A DNA stretch of 56,880 nucleotides from Candidatus Limnocylindrales bacterium (GTDB lineage Bacteria > Chloroflexota > Limnocylindria > Limnocylindrales > CSP1-4). A program made the position numbers and the translations under genes. Shown here piece after piece: positions 36,846 through 46,606 of this stretch (its first letter is position 1; the number at the start of each line of letters is the position of its first letter). The notes below the pieces were generated by a model. That model worked only from the letters and a program-made list of their open reading frames with translations, searched no databases and was not told the origin of the DNA. The DNA is taken from assembly GCA_044449785.1 (NCBI GenBank), contig JBIOII010000004.1, positions 1 through 56,880 of the forward strand, given 5' to 3'.

Positions 36846-37960
36846 ATGACAGCGAGGCTCCTGCCGCCGAATCCGACGCTGAGCAACGGTGTGATCGCGC
36901 TCCGCGCGTTCCGGGCCGACGACGCCTCGGCCGTGACCGCCGCCTGCCAGGACCCCGAGATCCAGCGCTGGATCCCGTTGATCCCGGTTCCGTACGCAGA
37001 GGCCGACGCGCGTCGATTCATCCTCATGACGCTGCAGGCCTGGCACGACGGCACGGGTTACGAATTCGCGATCGTGGATGCGCGGACCGACCGATATCTC
37101 GGTTCCATCGGACTCCACCCCGGGCCCAACCAGCGACGTGTTTCGGTGGGCTATTTCGTCGCCCCGGAAGCCCGGCGGCGGGAGTGGCAGTCGGCGCGCT
37201 CCGCCTTCTCACAACCTGGGGCTTCGAGCAGCTCCGGATCGAACGACTGGCGTTGTGGACCCTGCCCGGCAATGTGGCTTCGCAGCGCGTTGCCGAGAGA
37301 GCCGGGTTCAGGTTCGAGGGGATCGCGCGCAACTGGGAGTCGGATCGCGACGACCTGCCGGCCGACGCGGTCATGTTCTCGATGACGCCGGAGGACCTGG
37401 CGGACGCGCTCGAGAGCGACCCCGCCGCGGGCCGGTTGAGCGACGGCTTGCCGCTCCCCGGAACGCCGCTCGCCGAGGCGGCACTCGCCGGCTTTCCCCA
37501 CGAGCTGCGCGCGGCCGGGACTCGAGCGGCGCCGTTCCTGGACGTCGCCGCGGTTGCCGACCTGGAGCCCGGGACGATGCGCAGGGTGACTCTGGCGGGC
37601 CTGGATCTGCTGGTGGCCTGGACCGATGCCGGGATCGTCGTGACCGACGACCGCTGCCCCCACATGGCGGCGCCACTGAGCATCGGGGAGCTGGCTGGGT
37701 GCGTCGTGGCGTGCCCGCTGCACGAGGGCCGCTTCGATCTATGTACCGGGGACACGGTCCGGATGCCAACGACCGGCGGCCTCGACGCCGGCGGCAACTA
37801 CCACCGCCCTTGGTCGCCCAGCGGTTCCGAGCCCAAGCCGGAGCCGCCGTCCAAGAAGCTCGAGGCCCGCCGCCTGACGCGCGTCAACAGGCTCCGCTAC
37901 TACCCGGCCCGGATACGCGACGGACGTCTCGAGGCACAGCTGCCAATCCTGCCGGAGTAG
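36846..37960 (+). CDS. RimJ/RimL-type GNAT acetyltransferase fused to a Rieske [2Fe-2S] domain; frameshift near 37181
   Basis: GNAT N-half (..VAPEARRR) continues in another frame as GVAVGAL..NVASQRVAERAGFRFEG, then reads without stop into CPH..CPLH. Confidence 0.78.
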
Positions 37961-38045
37961 AGAGGCCGCGGCGCCCGGCATTGCCGATCGAGGCACGAGC
38001 GGCGCGCCCAGGCTACGGATCGTCGCCCGGGTGCAGGAACTCAGG

Positions 38046-38993
38046 CTAGCGCCGGACCCTCGGACGCTCGGCCGCGCGCGCCACCTTATCGGCTTCCTGG
38101 GCCCGGCGGCTCGAGGACGCGGTGAGCCAGGCGCAGGCTTCCGCCATGTCGTCGGTGCACCGCATCAGATCGATGTCGGCGGGTTCGACGTTCCCGTGGG
38201 GCACGGCTTCACGCCTCAGCCAGTCGAGCAGCCCGGACCAATATTCCGTCCCGATCAGGACCACCGGGAAGTGGCGGATCTTCCCGGTCTGGATGAGCGT
38301 CAGTGACTCGAACAGTTCGTCGAGCGTACCGAAGCCGCCCGGGAAGATGGCGAAGCCGTCGGCGTACTTGACGAACATCACCTTGCGAGCGAAGAAGTAG
38401 CGGAACTCGACACCGAGATCGACGTACGGGTTGACGGCCTGTTCGTGCGGCAGCTCGATGTTGCAGCCGATCGAGAGTCCGCCCGCCTCATGACAGCCAC
38501 GGTTTGCGGCTTCCATGATGCCGGGTCCCCCGCCGGTGATGACCGCGAAGCCCTTCTTCGCGAGCAGCCCGGCCAGCTCGCGAGCCTGGACGTAGTACGG
38601 ATCGTCCTCGGTCACCCGGGCCGAACCGAAGATAGTGACGGCCTTGCCGACGGCTGCAAGCGCGTCGAAACCCTCGACGAACTCCGACAGGATGCGCAGC
38701 GAACGCCACGGATCCGAGTCGAGGAAGGCCGGCCGCTGGCTCGGCGAGAGCAGCCGCTCGTCTTCGGTGCGGGCGTGGACTGTCAGCATCTCGGCCGCAG
38801 CGGGCCGGTAGGTTACCCGACCGCTGCGACGCCGATCGTGGTTGCCGGTGCCGTTGCCGTCGTGGGCGTGGTTGTGATTCACCGTGGGTGCCGGCACCGC
38901 ATCGGTGCCAGGTCTTGCGGCTGGCTGGGCCCCGGGCTGCGCTGCCTGAGCTCCGGCGCCGTCCCGGACCTTTTTGGCTTGAGAACGAGGCAT
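38046..38993 (-). CDS. LOG family nucleotide monophosphate nucleosidase (Rossmann fold)
   Basis: FGSAR, TGGGPGIMEAAN, RKVMF, PGGFGTLDE. Confidence 0.92.
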   Translation of the reverse strand: MPRSQAKKVRDGAGAQAAQPGAQPAARPGTDAVPAPTVNHNHAHDGNGTGNHDRRRSGRVTYRPAAAEMLTVHARTEDERLLSPSQRPAFLDSDPWRSLRILSEFVEGFDALAAVGKAVTIFGSARVTEDDPYYVQARELAGLLAKKGFAVITGGGPGIMEAANRGCHEAGGLSIGCNIELPHEQAVNPYVDLGVEFRYFFARKVMFVKYADGFAIFPGGFGTLDELFESLTLIQTGKIRHFPVVLIGTEYWSGLLDWLRREAVPHGNVEPADIDLMRCTDDMAEACAWLTASSSRRAQEADKVARAAERPRVRR

Positions 38994-39193
38994 CTTTCTC
39001 TCCTGGTCGTACCCGCAGAGAATGCCACGGCGCGTAAACCGCCGTTCGGGCGACTCTAGAGGGTCGGTCGGTGACCCGGCCGGATCAGCGTAACTGCGCG
39101 GGGTGCCGACAAGGCCCGCAGTCCGTCTCGCGCCGCGCCGGGGATGGTTGGGGAGTGGCGCTGGCACTCCCCAACCGATGAAGCGAGCAGCTG

Positions 39194-40003
39194 CTACCCG
39201 GCTATCTCGGCGCGATCAGAGAACAGCCCAGCGACTAAGAGCGCCCCGACCAGCCAGACGATCACAAGCACCTGGGCCTGGTCGGCCGGAAGCCCGCTGG
39301 CGCCGCCGGCGAACAATCCGGGAGTGCTCGTGCCGGTAACGAGTGACGCGTTGGCGACGCTGAACGGCAGGTACTTCACGATGTCCGGCAGGACGATGGC
39401 GGCGAAGCCCTCGCCAAAGTAGAAGGCGATGCCCACGCCAATTCCGGCCAGCTGGCTGCGGGCGAGGGTGGCGATGGTGAAGCCGAGAGCTCCTTCCTCA
39501 ACGACCGCGACCCAACCCTTGAGAAGCCGCTCGGGCAGATCGCTGAGCGTGGCCGAATCCCCCAGGCCGCTGGTAGAGATGTTGGCCAGATTCGCTCCGA
39601 TGATCGCTGCCACCACACCCACGGCGAAGGTGAGCAGGATCCCGATGGCGATCATCACCGCGACGGTCACGTACGAAATCATCATGTAGCGGACCCGGCT
39701 CTCGCCCCGGGCCACCGCCGACTTGAGCGTGCCCCAGCTCCATTCGGAGCCCGCGATTGCCGCCCCATAGATGACCGCGAACAGGCCACCAAGGCCAGTG
39801 ATGAACTGGAGGAGCCTGTCGTAGGCGCCGGGGAAAGTGACCATGGTCTTGGCGGCGGCTTCACGCGCCACGTTCGTGCGCTCATTGGCCGTGGCCCCGA
39901 CCGCGATGATGATCAACGCCAGCAAACCCATCAGGAGCCCGACTGTGACCCAGCTGGCGGGTCTTCGGACGAGCTTTCGCAGCCCCGAGAAGAAGAGCCT
40001 CAT
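39194..40003 (-). CDS. ABC-2 type permease
   Basis: About 6 TM, GSEWSWGT motif; coupled to the ATPase. Confidence 0.85.
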   Translation of the reverse strand: MRLFFSGLRKLVRRPASWVTVGLLMGLLALIIIAVGATANERTNVAREAAAKTMVTFPGAYDRLLQFITGLGGLFAVIYGAAIAGSEWSWGTLKSAVARGESRVRYMMISYVTVAVMIAIGILLTFAVGVVAAIIGANLANISTSGLGDSATLSDLPERLLKGWVAVVEEGALGFTIATLARSQLAGIGVGIAFYFGEGFAAIVLPDIVKYLPFSVANASLVTGTSTPGLFAGGASGLPADQAQVLVIVWLVGALLVAGLFSDRAEIAG

Positions 40004-41010
40004 GCCGCAGTCCCCTTTCCTGCGGTCGCGGTGCCATTGTCCGGACCGCCCAGGCCGACGAACGAACCCTCACCGCCAGATGGTCCCCCACCACCCGTCA
40101 GTTCCAGGAAGAGCATCTCGAGATCTGTCCCGGACTCGAGTCCGGATACGAATATTCCCGCACCCGCCAGCTTCTGGCTGATCTCCCCGGCTCGGTTCGG
40201 AGCGATGCGCACCGACAACCAGCCTTCCTCGCGGTCGGTTTCGGTCAGGCGGTCCGCGGCGAACTCCGGTGCCAGCGTCGCAATGGCGGCGTCCACCCGA
40301 TCCGGTTGGACCCGGACCTTGACGACCGCCTGCATCGCCAGCAGCTCCTTCAGGGGCCCCTCGCGAACCAGCTTTCCGGAGGCGATGATGCCGACCACGT
40401 CGGCCATGACCTGGATCTCGGCCAGGAGGTGGCTCGAAACGAAGACGGTCTTGCCTTGTGAGGCCAGGGCCCTGAGGGTGTCTCGCATGGCCACGATGCC
40501 GGCCGGGTCGAGGCCGTTCGCCGGCTCGTCGAGCAGCAGCAGCTTCGGATCGCTGAGCAACGCTGCGGCAATGCCGAGGCGTTGCCTCATTCCCATCGAA
40601 TAGCCCTGGACCTTGTCGTTGGCTCGGTCGCACAGGCCGACGAGATCGAGCAACTCCTCTATACGCTTCGACGGCACCGGGGCGCCGGAGGCTGCCAGCT
40701 CGCGCAGGTTGGCTCGGGCCGAGAGGTACGGGTAGAAGGTCGGCGACTCCACGAGCGCTCCGACTTCAAACAGGCGGCGCCGGTCGCCCCGCTTGAACGG
40801 CTTGCCGAGGATCTCGAGCGTTCCGCCGTCGGGGTGGATGAGGCCGGTCAGGACGCGCATGGTCGTCGTCTTGCCGGCGCCGTTCGGCCCCAGGAATCCG
40901 TAGACGACGCCCGCCGGGACCGACAGGTTCAGGCCGTCGAGCGCGCGCCGGGATCCGTAGCTCTTGCGCAGACCGTGCGTCGCCAGGGCCAGTCCATCCG
41001 TGCCGCTCAT
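40000..41010 (-). CDS. ABC transporter ATP-binding protein
   Basis: GPNGAGKT, YSMGMRQR, LLLDEP, SSH. Confidence 0.95.
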   Translation of the reverse strand: MSGTDGLALATHGLRKSYGSRRALDGLNLSVPAGVVYGFLGPNGAGKTTTMRVLTGLIHPDGGTLEILGKPFKRGDRRRLFEVGALVESPTFYPYLSARANLRELAASGAPVPSKRIEELLDLVGLCDRANDKVQGYSMGMRQRLGIAAALLSDPKLLLLDEPANGLDPAGIVAMRDTLRALASQGKTVFVSSHLLAEIQVMADVVGIIASGKLVREGPLKELLAMQAVVKVRVQPDRVDAAIATLAPEFAADRLTETDREEGWLSVRIAPNRAGEISQKLAGAGIFVSGLESGTDLEMLFLELTGGGGPSGGEGSFVGLGGPDNGTATAGKGTAA

Positions 41011-41543
41011 ACAGGTCCTCCGCCGGCGTTGCCTGCCGGGCTCGCGGGCCGCGTTCCGGAAATCACTCGAGGGCCTCCTTTTGTCGAAACCGATGGTGGG
41101 GTCGGGGCCGGCAGGCGCTCGGCCATGACGCGAAGCAAGTTGTCGAAATCGGCGAGCTCATCTCCGGTCAGGACCGAAAGCACGCGTCGAAGTGCCTCCC
41201 GCCGCGCGCCGGCAATCTCGGCCAGCAGTCGAGCCCCTTCGTCGCTCAAGCGACTCTCAACGACGCGCCTGTCGTCGGCGCGATGGCTCCGGATCGCGAG
41301 GCCTCGGCGTTCGACGCGATCGACGAACTCGGAGGCGGTGGCGTCCGTGACGCCGAGCATGTCGGCGAGCTGGCCCATCGAAACGGGGCCGGATTGCCTG
41401 AGCACGAAGAGGAGCCGAAGCTGACCGAAGGTGAGGTCGTGGCTGGCCCAGCCCGGCACGCCTCTCGGCATGACCTGGGCGAGTGCCTGGACGTGGGCCT
41501 CGATCTCGTCGAACGTTACGGCATGTCCTGATGTTTCGGGCAT
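41007..41543 (-). CDS. MarR family regulator
   Basis: LTFGQLRLL, LADMLGV, VDRVERRGL, DRR..LSDEG. Confidence 0.9.
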   Translation of the reverse strand: MPETSGHAVTFDEIEAHVQALAQVMPRGVPGWASHDLTFGQLRLLFVLRQSGPVSMGQLADMLGVTDATASEFVDRVERRGLAIRSHRADDRRVVESRLSDEGARLLAEIAGARREALRRVLSVLTGDELADFDNLLRVMAERLPAPTPPSVSTKGGPRVISGTRPASPAGNAGGGPV

Positions 41544-41650
41544 GTCCTTACATTATGGCGAAATCCTCAAGAATTCCTGAAAGCGAGTCAGCGCGCCGGC
41601 CGAGGAGCCGGGCGAAGCGATCCGGGTTTGACGAGCCCGGGACGCCGCCA

Positions 41651-42025
41651 CTACTTCGGCGATGCCGCCAGCCAGACCTTCCAGGTGGCATCGGCCGGCC
41701 CGGCCGTGAACGCGTTGGCGAACCGGACCAGTGGCAGCTTCAACAGCCCATTGTCGGCGAGGAGCCGCTCGACGATTTCGTCGTCGCCGAGGCGCATATA
41801 GGCGAGCCCCTGCTCCTTGTAGTGGCGGCCCTCGGTGTCGAGCAGGGCCTCGGCTCCGAGCCGCTCGACGAACCGCCGCAACTCCCCCGGCGCGATCGGC
41901 CTACGCCGCAGGTCCACGAAGACCACGTCGACTCGCCGCTCCTTGAAGTAGCGCAGCGCGGCCCGCGTCGGCCGTGAGTCGACGTGGCCGAACAACTGGA
42001 CGGTGGGACCCGACTGTGCCGGCAT
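41651..42025 (-). CDS. ArsC/Spx/YffB-like protein lacking Cys
   Basis: TRAALRYFKER..VDL..GELRRF..LLKLPLV; no cysteine. Confidence 0.8.
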   Translation of the reverse strand: MPAQSGPTVQLFGHVDSRPTRAALRYFKERRVDVVFVDLRRRPIAPGELRRFVERLGAEALLDTEGRHYKEQGLAYMRLGDDEIVERLLADNGLLKLPLVRFANAFTAGPADATWKVWLAASPK

Positions 42026-42138
42026 CGCCGACAGATTAGCGGGCCGCGACTCGGTCTGGCGGCGCAGCGGGCGGCCGCCGGCCCCAACCCCTCCCCGGCG
42101 CCGCCCGCGGCAGGTACCATCCGCTCAGGAGGTGCCGC

Positions 42139-42420
42139 GTGATCTGGTTCACCGTTGAGTTGAGCGACAAGCCAGGGTCCCTGGCGAAGATGGCGGCTGC
42201 CCTTGGCGATCGCGGCATCAACATCAGCGCCATCGTCGGCATCGCCGAGGACACGGACGGCGCCCTGATGCTGGCCACGAGCGACGCAGAGGGAACACGC
42301 AAGGCGTTTGCAGAGCTCGGCCTCGGCTTCGAGGAGCACGATCCCGAAGCGGGCCTGGAGATCGGCGATCATCCGCGCGTGGCCCAGGGCCTGGCCGACC
42401 GCGGCATGGGCGTCGGCTGA
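42139..42420 (+). CDS. Stand-alone ACT domain protein
   Basis: [22 protein letters not shown]; AGGAGG SD. Confidence 0.85.
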   Translation: MIWFTVELSDKPGSLAKMAAALGDRGINISAIVGIAEDTDGALMLATSDAEGTRKAFAELGLGFEEHDPEAGLEIGDHPRVAQGLADRGMGVG

Positions 42421-43106
42421 TGGCGCGCTCCGCTTCCACGCCCGGGACCGTCGCGGTTCGGCTCGACATCGCGGACAAACCGGCGGCGATCCCAGACATA
42501 GTGGCGAAGGTCGCCGCGGCCGGCGGGACGCTTCGAACGCTGAGCACCGTGCGGCGCTGGAGCGACGAAACCGCGGGGGCGCTGGTCGAAGTCGAGCTCG
42601 AGGTCGAAGGACTCCCGGAAGCGCAGGTGACCGAGATCCTCGACCGCCTGCCCGAGCTCAGGAGCTGCCGCCTTACCAAGTCCCTCGACAAAGTCTTCGG
42701 CAAGCGGCTGATCGTCATCGGCGGCGGCGCCCAGATCGCCCAGGCCGTCCTCGGGGCCGTGAGCGAGGCGGACCGCCACAACCTGCGCGGCGAGAAGATA
42801 AGCGTCGACACCATCCCGCTCGTCGGCGAGGAGAACCTGGCCGCGGCCGTTCGGGCCGTCGCAGACCTCGACCGTGCCCGAGCCCTGCTCCTGGCCGGCT
42901 CGATCATGGGTGGCGACATCACCAGGGCCGTCGTCGAGATCCAGCAACTGGGCCTGCCGGTCATCGCGCTCAACATGGTCGGCTCGGTCACCGACGTGGC
43001 CGATCTCGTGGTCACCGATCCCGTCCAGGCCGGCACGATGGCCGTGATGGGCATCGCCGACACGGCCAAGTTCGACTTCGCCCGGCAGAAGGGCCGGCGC
43101 TACTAG
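42420..43106 (+). CDS. ACT plus DUF5612 protein (COG2150/AF1403-like, archaeal-type)
   Basis: [60 protein letters not shown]. Confidence 0.82.
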   Translation: MARSASTPGTVAVRLDIADKPAAIPDIVAKVAAAGGTLRTLSTVRRWSDETAGALVEVELEVEGLPEAQVTEILDRLPELRSCRLTKSLDKVFGKRLIVIGGGAQIAQAVLGAVSEADRHNLRGEKISVDTIPLVGEENLAAAVRAVADLDRARALLLAGSIMGGDITRAVVEIQQLGLPVIALNMVGSVTDVADLVVTDPVQAGTMAVMGIADTAKFDFARQKGRRY

Positions 43107-43165
43107 CCGACCGGCGTGCGTGGCGGAGGCGCCGCGGCGGCCGATCGAACAGTTCGGAGCAGCCG

Positions 43166-43999
43166 ATGCGCATCGCGACCTGGAACGTCAACTCACTCAA
43201 GGCCCGCATGGAGCGCGTCGAGGAGTGGCTCGCCCAGCGCACACCGGACGTGCTGCTGATGCAGGAGACGAAGCTCGCCGACGAGGCCGCGCCCGTGCTG
43301 CCGTTCAGCATGGCCGGCTACGAGCTGCTCCACCACGGCGAGGGGCGGTGGAACGGCGTCGCCATCGCGAGCAGGGTCGGGATCATCGACGTCGTCACGA
43401 ACTTCGGCGATGGGCCGGTGCGGCGGTCTCCGGCGGCCGACGCGATCGCTGACGCTCTCGAGGCCGAGGCTTCCGAGGCGCCGGCGGACGAAGCCCGGAT
43501 GGTTTCGGCGATCTGCGGCGGGATCCGCGTCGTCAGCATCTACGCGCCCAACGGCCGGGCCGTGGATACGCCCTTCTATCGGGCCAAGCTGGCCTGGTTC
43601 GACCGCCTTGCTCGGTGGCTGCGCGAGAGTTGCGATCCGAGTCGGCCGCTCCTCATCGGCGGCGACTTCAACGTCGCGCCGGAGGACATGGACGTCTACG
43701 ACATGGCCGACTACGTCGGCGCCACTCACGTTTCGAGTCCCGAGCGAGCCGCCGTCGCGGCCCTCCGCGATTGGGGTCTCGTGGATGCGTACCGGCTCCA
43801 CCATCCCGAGCCGGGCAAGTTCTCGTGGTGGGACTACCGGGCCGGCAACTTCCACAAGGGTCTCGGAATGCGCATCGACCATCTCTACGTGACGAAGCCG
43901 GTGGCCGATCGCTGCTGCGGCGCCGAGATCGACCGCGACGCCCGCAAGGGCAAGCTCCCATCCGACCACGCGCCGGTATACATCGACCTCACCGACTGA
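43166..43999 (+). CDS. xth: Exodeoxyribonuclease III
   Basis: WNVNS, QETK, YAPNG, GDFN, FSWWDYR, RIDH, SDHAP. Confidence 0.95.
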   Translation: MRIATWNVNSLKARMERVEEWLAQRTPDVLLMQETKLADEAAPVLPFSMAGYELLHHGEGRWNGVAIASRVGIIDVVTNFGDGPVRRSPAADAIADALEAEASEAPADEARMVSAICGGIRVVSIYAPNGRAVDTPFYRAKLAWFDRLARWLRESCDPSRPLLIGGDFNVAPEDMDVYDMADYVGATHVSSPERAAVAALRDWGLVDAYRLHHPEPGKFSWWDYRAGNFHKGLGMRIDHLYVTKPVADRCCGAEIDRDARKGKLPSDHAPVYIDLTD

Positions 44000-44060
44000 G
44001 GCGGCCCGTTCGGACGCGTGTCGCCGCCAGGGTCCAGGGGCCGGCCTCGGGCTTGGAGCA

Positions 44061-45278
44061 TCAGCCGCCGAGCCCCACCCAGACCTGGGCAGCGTGCGTG
44101 TCGGGCCAGCCCATCGTCCCGCCGACGAGCAGCCGCGGTGAGGCCAGAACGCTGGCCAGGCCCGCGCCCGAGAACGAGACGTCCTGCGGCAGGTGGATCC
44201 AGGTTCGACCGTCGCCAGAGCTCCAGACCACGGCCGAGCCGTTGCCGGCGTCGGAGCGCCAGCCGGCGGCGACGAAGCCCGCGCCTTCAACGGCGACGGC
44301 GGTCATAACCATCTCGAGACCGCCGTTGTCGAGCCCGCTCCCCGACGACGAGACCCAGGTCGATCCATCGGTCGAGAACCAGGCCGCCGCCCCGGTCTGA
44401 TCCTGACGCTCGCCGACGGCCACGAGGCCGGTCCCCGACGCGGCGACCGCAAGCATCCGCCCGGACGCGAAGGTCGGGCTCGCGACGGACTGCCAGCTCG
44501 TGCCCGCATCGGTGGACCGCCAGACCGCTGCGGTTCCCCGACGCTCGTCGCCGGCAATGCCCACGGCGACGATGCTCGCGGGACCAACCGCAGCGATGCC
44601 CGTCACCTCGCTCGCTCCGGCCGGGAGCTCGGCATTAGCGCGCACCCACGCCACGCCGTCAGCCGACCGCCAGAACGAGGCCGTCTTCACCGCGGTGGCC
44701 GACTCCTCGTAACCGCCGGCCACGTAGCCGCCGCCGGTGGCCGCGACCGCCGTCAGCAGTTCCGTCGCGCCGGTCGGAGGCGCGGGCAACGCCGTCAGAT
44801 TCCACGAGGAGCCGTCGTCGCTGCGCCACACTGCCCCGGCTCCCCCACTCCCACCTACGGCCAGGATCGCGGCGCCGCCGGGAGCCACAGCCGCAATCAC
44901 GCTGCTCCCCTCCGGGGCCGGCAGCGAGGTCAGGCGGTGCCAGGCCGCCGCGTCGGTCGAAGCCCAGGCCGCGGCATGCGAAGGCGGCTGATCGTAGCCG
45001 AGCGCCAGGAACCCTCCCCGGAACGACACGATCGAGTCGATGTACGTCCCGATGACCGGGTGGCACGGCGAGCAGAAGCCCGGCGAGCTCGTCGGCGCCG
45101 CCTCAATGGCCGCCGGCTGGTCCACCCTGGCCGCGATCCACCGGGCCGAAGCGACCGGTGAGGCGACCGAGGCCACGGAAGTAGCCGGAGAGGCGGTCGG
45201 AGGCACCGGGGCGCACGCGGCGGCGAGCCAGGCCGCAAGAAGCACCGCCGCGGATCGCCTGCGCCACCGGTCTGTCAT
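44061..45278 (-). CDS. Lipoprotein with Asp-box/BNR-like repeats (beta-propeller)
   Basis: Lipobox LAAAC; about 6 W-x-S-x-D-G-x-x-W repeats; single CSPCH. Confidence 0.75.
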   Translation of the reverse strand: MTDRWRRRSAAVLLAAWLAAACAPVPPTASPATSVASVASPVASARWIAARVDQPAAIEAAPTSSPGFCSPCHPVIGTYIDSIVSFRGGFLALGYDQPPSHAAAWASTDAAAWHRLTSLPAPEGSSVIAAVAPGGAAILAVGGSGGAGAVWRSDDGSSWNLTALPAPPTGATELLTAVAATGGGYVAGGYEESATAVKTASFWRSADGVAWVRANAELPAGASEVTGIAAVGPASIVAVGIAGDERRGTAAVWRSTDAGTSWQSVASPTFASGRMLAVAASGTGLVAVGERQDQTGAAAWFSTDGSTWVSSSGSGLDNGGLEMVMTAVAVEGAGFVAAGWRSDAGNGSAVVWSSGDGRTWIHLPQDVSFSGAGLASVLASPRLLVGGTMGWPDTHAAQVWVGLGG

Positions 45279-45369
45279 GCGCTGTTGCCTCCGTCCCAGC
45301 GGGAATCTAGCAACGGTCGCGCACGGACGCGCCTGGATTTGGCAGCGCCGCGCACCCCGGAACGCGAGC

Positions 45370-46095
45370 CTACGAAGCCGTTGGCGAAGGGCTCGCTGCC
45401 GGTGGCGGGGTTAGCTGGCCGGGCTGCGGGATATTGATCACCGAGCCCACCTTGAGCATGTTTTGGTTCGTGATCCCCGGATTGGCCACCAGAAGTTCCC
45501 ACTTCTGGAGGTGGAACTTCGTCGCGATCTTGACCACCGAGTCGCCGGCCTGGACCTTGTACTGCTGGTAACTGATGTAGACCGTCGGCCCGGTCGGGGT
45601 CGCGGTCCCGGTTGCGGACGGCACCGGCCTGGGCGTCTGCCCGCTCGCAAGAATCACGGGACTGGCGCTCGTCGAGGGCGACCGGGAGCCGCTCGCGACG
45701 GACACCGCCGTCCCACCGTGGCCCAGCAGCCACGGGACGAGCACGACCGCCACTAGGAGGATGACCACGCCCAACAAAGCAAGGAGCAGCGGCTTCATCG
45801 GCCGATGCTCCTCGCGGCCCCGGAGCTGCGGAAAGATCCACGGGCTCGGCGGCTTCTCCCAGGCCGGATAGGTCGGGACGCGGCGAGCCAGCACCGCGGG
45901 CGGCACTTTGAGCGGGGGGAGCGGCGTGGTCGGGGCTCTGAGGATGCTCGCCTCTATTGCCTGCCTCGACGGCTTGCGAGCCCGGACGATGCGCTCTGTG
46001 GACGAGTCGGAGACAAGCGGCGACTCCGCGTCCGATGTTTCGTCCGCCGGCCCCCGCCGGCGAACGGCCTCCTTCTCTTTGTCGCGATCCATCAT
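45370..46095 (-). CDS. Membrane-anchored LysM protein (paralog of 29921-30895)
   Basis: Single TM, S/T/P linker, LysM YKVQAGD..IATKF..VANP; GAGG SD before MMDRDKE. Confidence 0.85.
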   Translation of the reverse strand: MMDRDKEKEAVRRRGPADETSDAESPLVSDSSTERIVRARKPSRQAIEASILRAPTTPLPPLKVPPAVLARRVPTYPAWEKPPSPWIFPQLRGREEHRPMKPLLLALLGVVILLVAVVLVPWLLGHGGTAVSVASGSRSPSTSASPVILASGQTPRPVPSATGTATPTGPTVYISYQQYKVQAGDSVVKIATKFHLQKWELLVANPGITNQNMLKVGSVINIPQPGQLTPPPAASPSPTAS

Positions 46096-46606
46096 TCGTC
46101 CTCGTTGAGCAGGCGCCTTTGCTCGGTCCCCTGCGCGGTAACCGCGCGGCCAGGCGCCGCGGCAGGAGGGATCCTCCTGAGGAGCACGACCGGCGCGTTC
46201 GGCGGGTCGGCTCGCCCACAAAGGTACAGGATGGCTCGTTCCCAGGCTTGCGCCATGCCTACAGCCTGACAGACCGGGTCAAGCCGGACGAAGCCCAGAG
46301 TCTCGACGAGCCTTCTGAACGGCCTTGAAACGCGGCCGGAGGCGCCCAGAATCAATCCCGAGATCCAGCAAAGTCAAGCGCGCCGCGGACCCTTCCTACG
46401 GGCTCGCCGGGACCGCAGGGGGCGGGTCGGCTGGCCGGGCCGCGGGATGTTGAGGCCTGTCCGACCACGACGGAAGGAACCGCACTCTCTCGGTTTCGGA
46501 GACCTGGGCGCGAACCGGCCGTCGCGCTGGGCCCAGAAACGCTCGCCGATCCGGGTCGGTGCGCCGAAACTGCGCACGCGACCCACCGAAATGGCAGTAT
46601 GAGCAA

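Noticed and set aside
42308-43165. N-terminal extension of xth in the 563-aa ORF
   Set aside because: Overlaps the ACT/DUF5612 genes out of frame; the real start is MRIATWNVNS at 43166 with a GGAG SD
46463-46486. SRP RNA (GGAAGGAA motif)
   Set aside because: Lacks the CAGG..AGCAG internal-loop consensus
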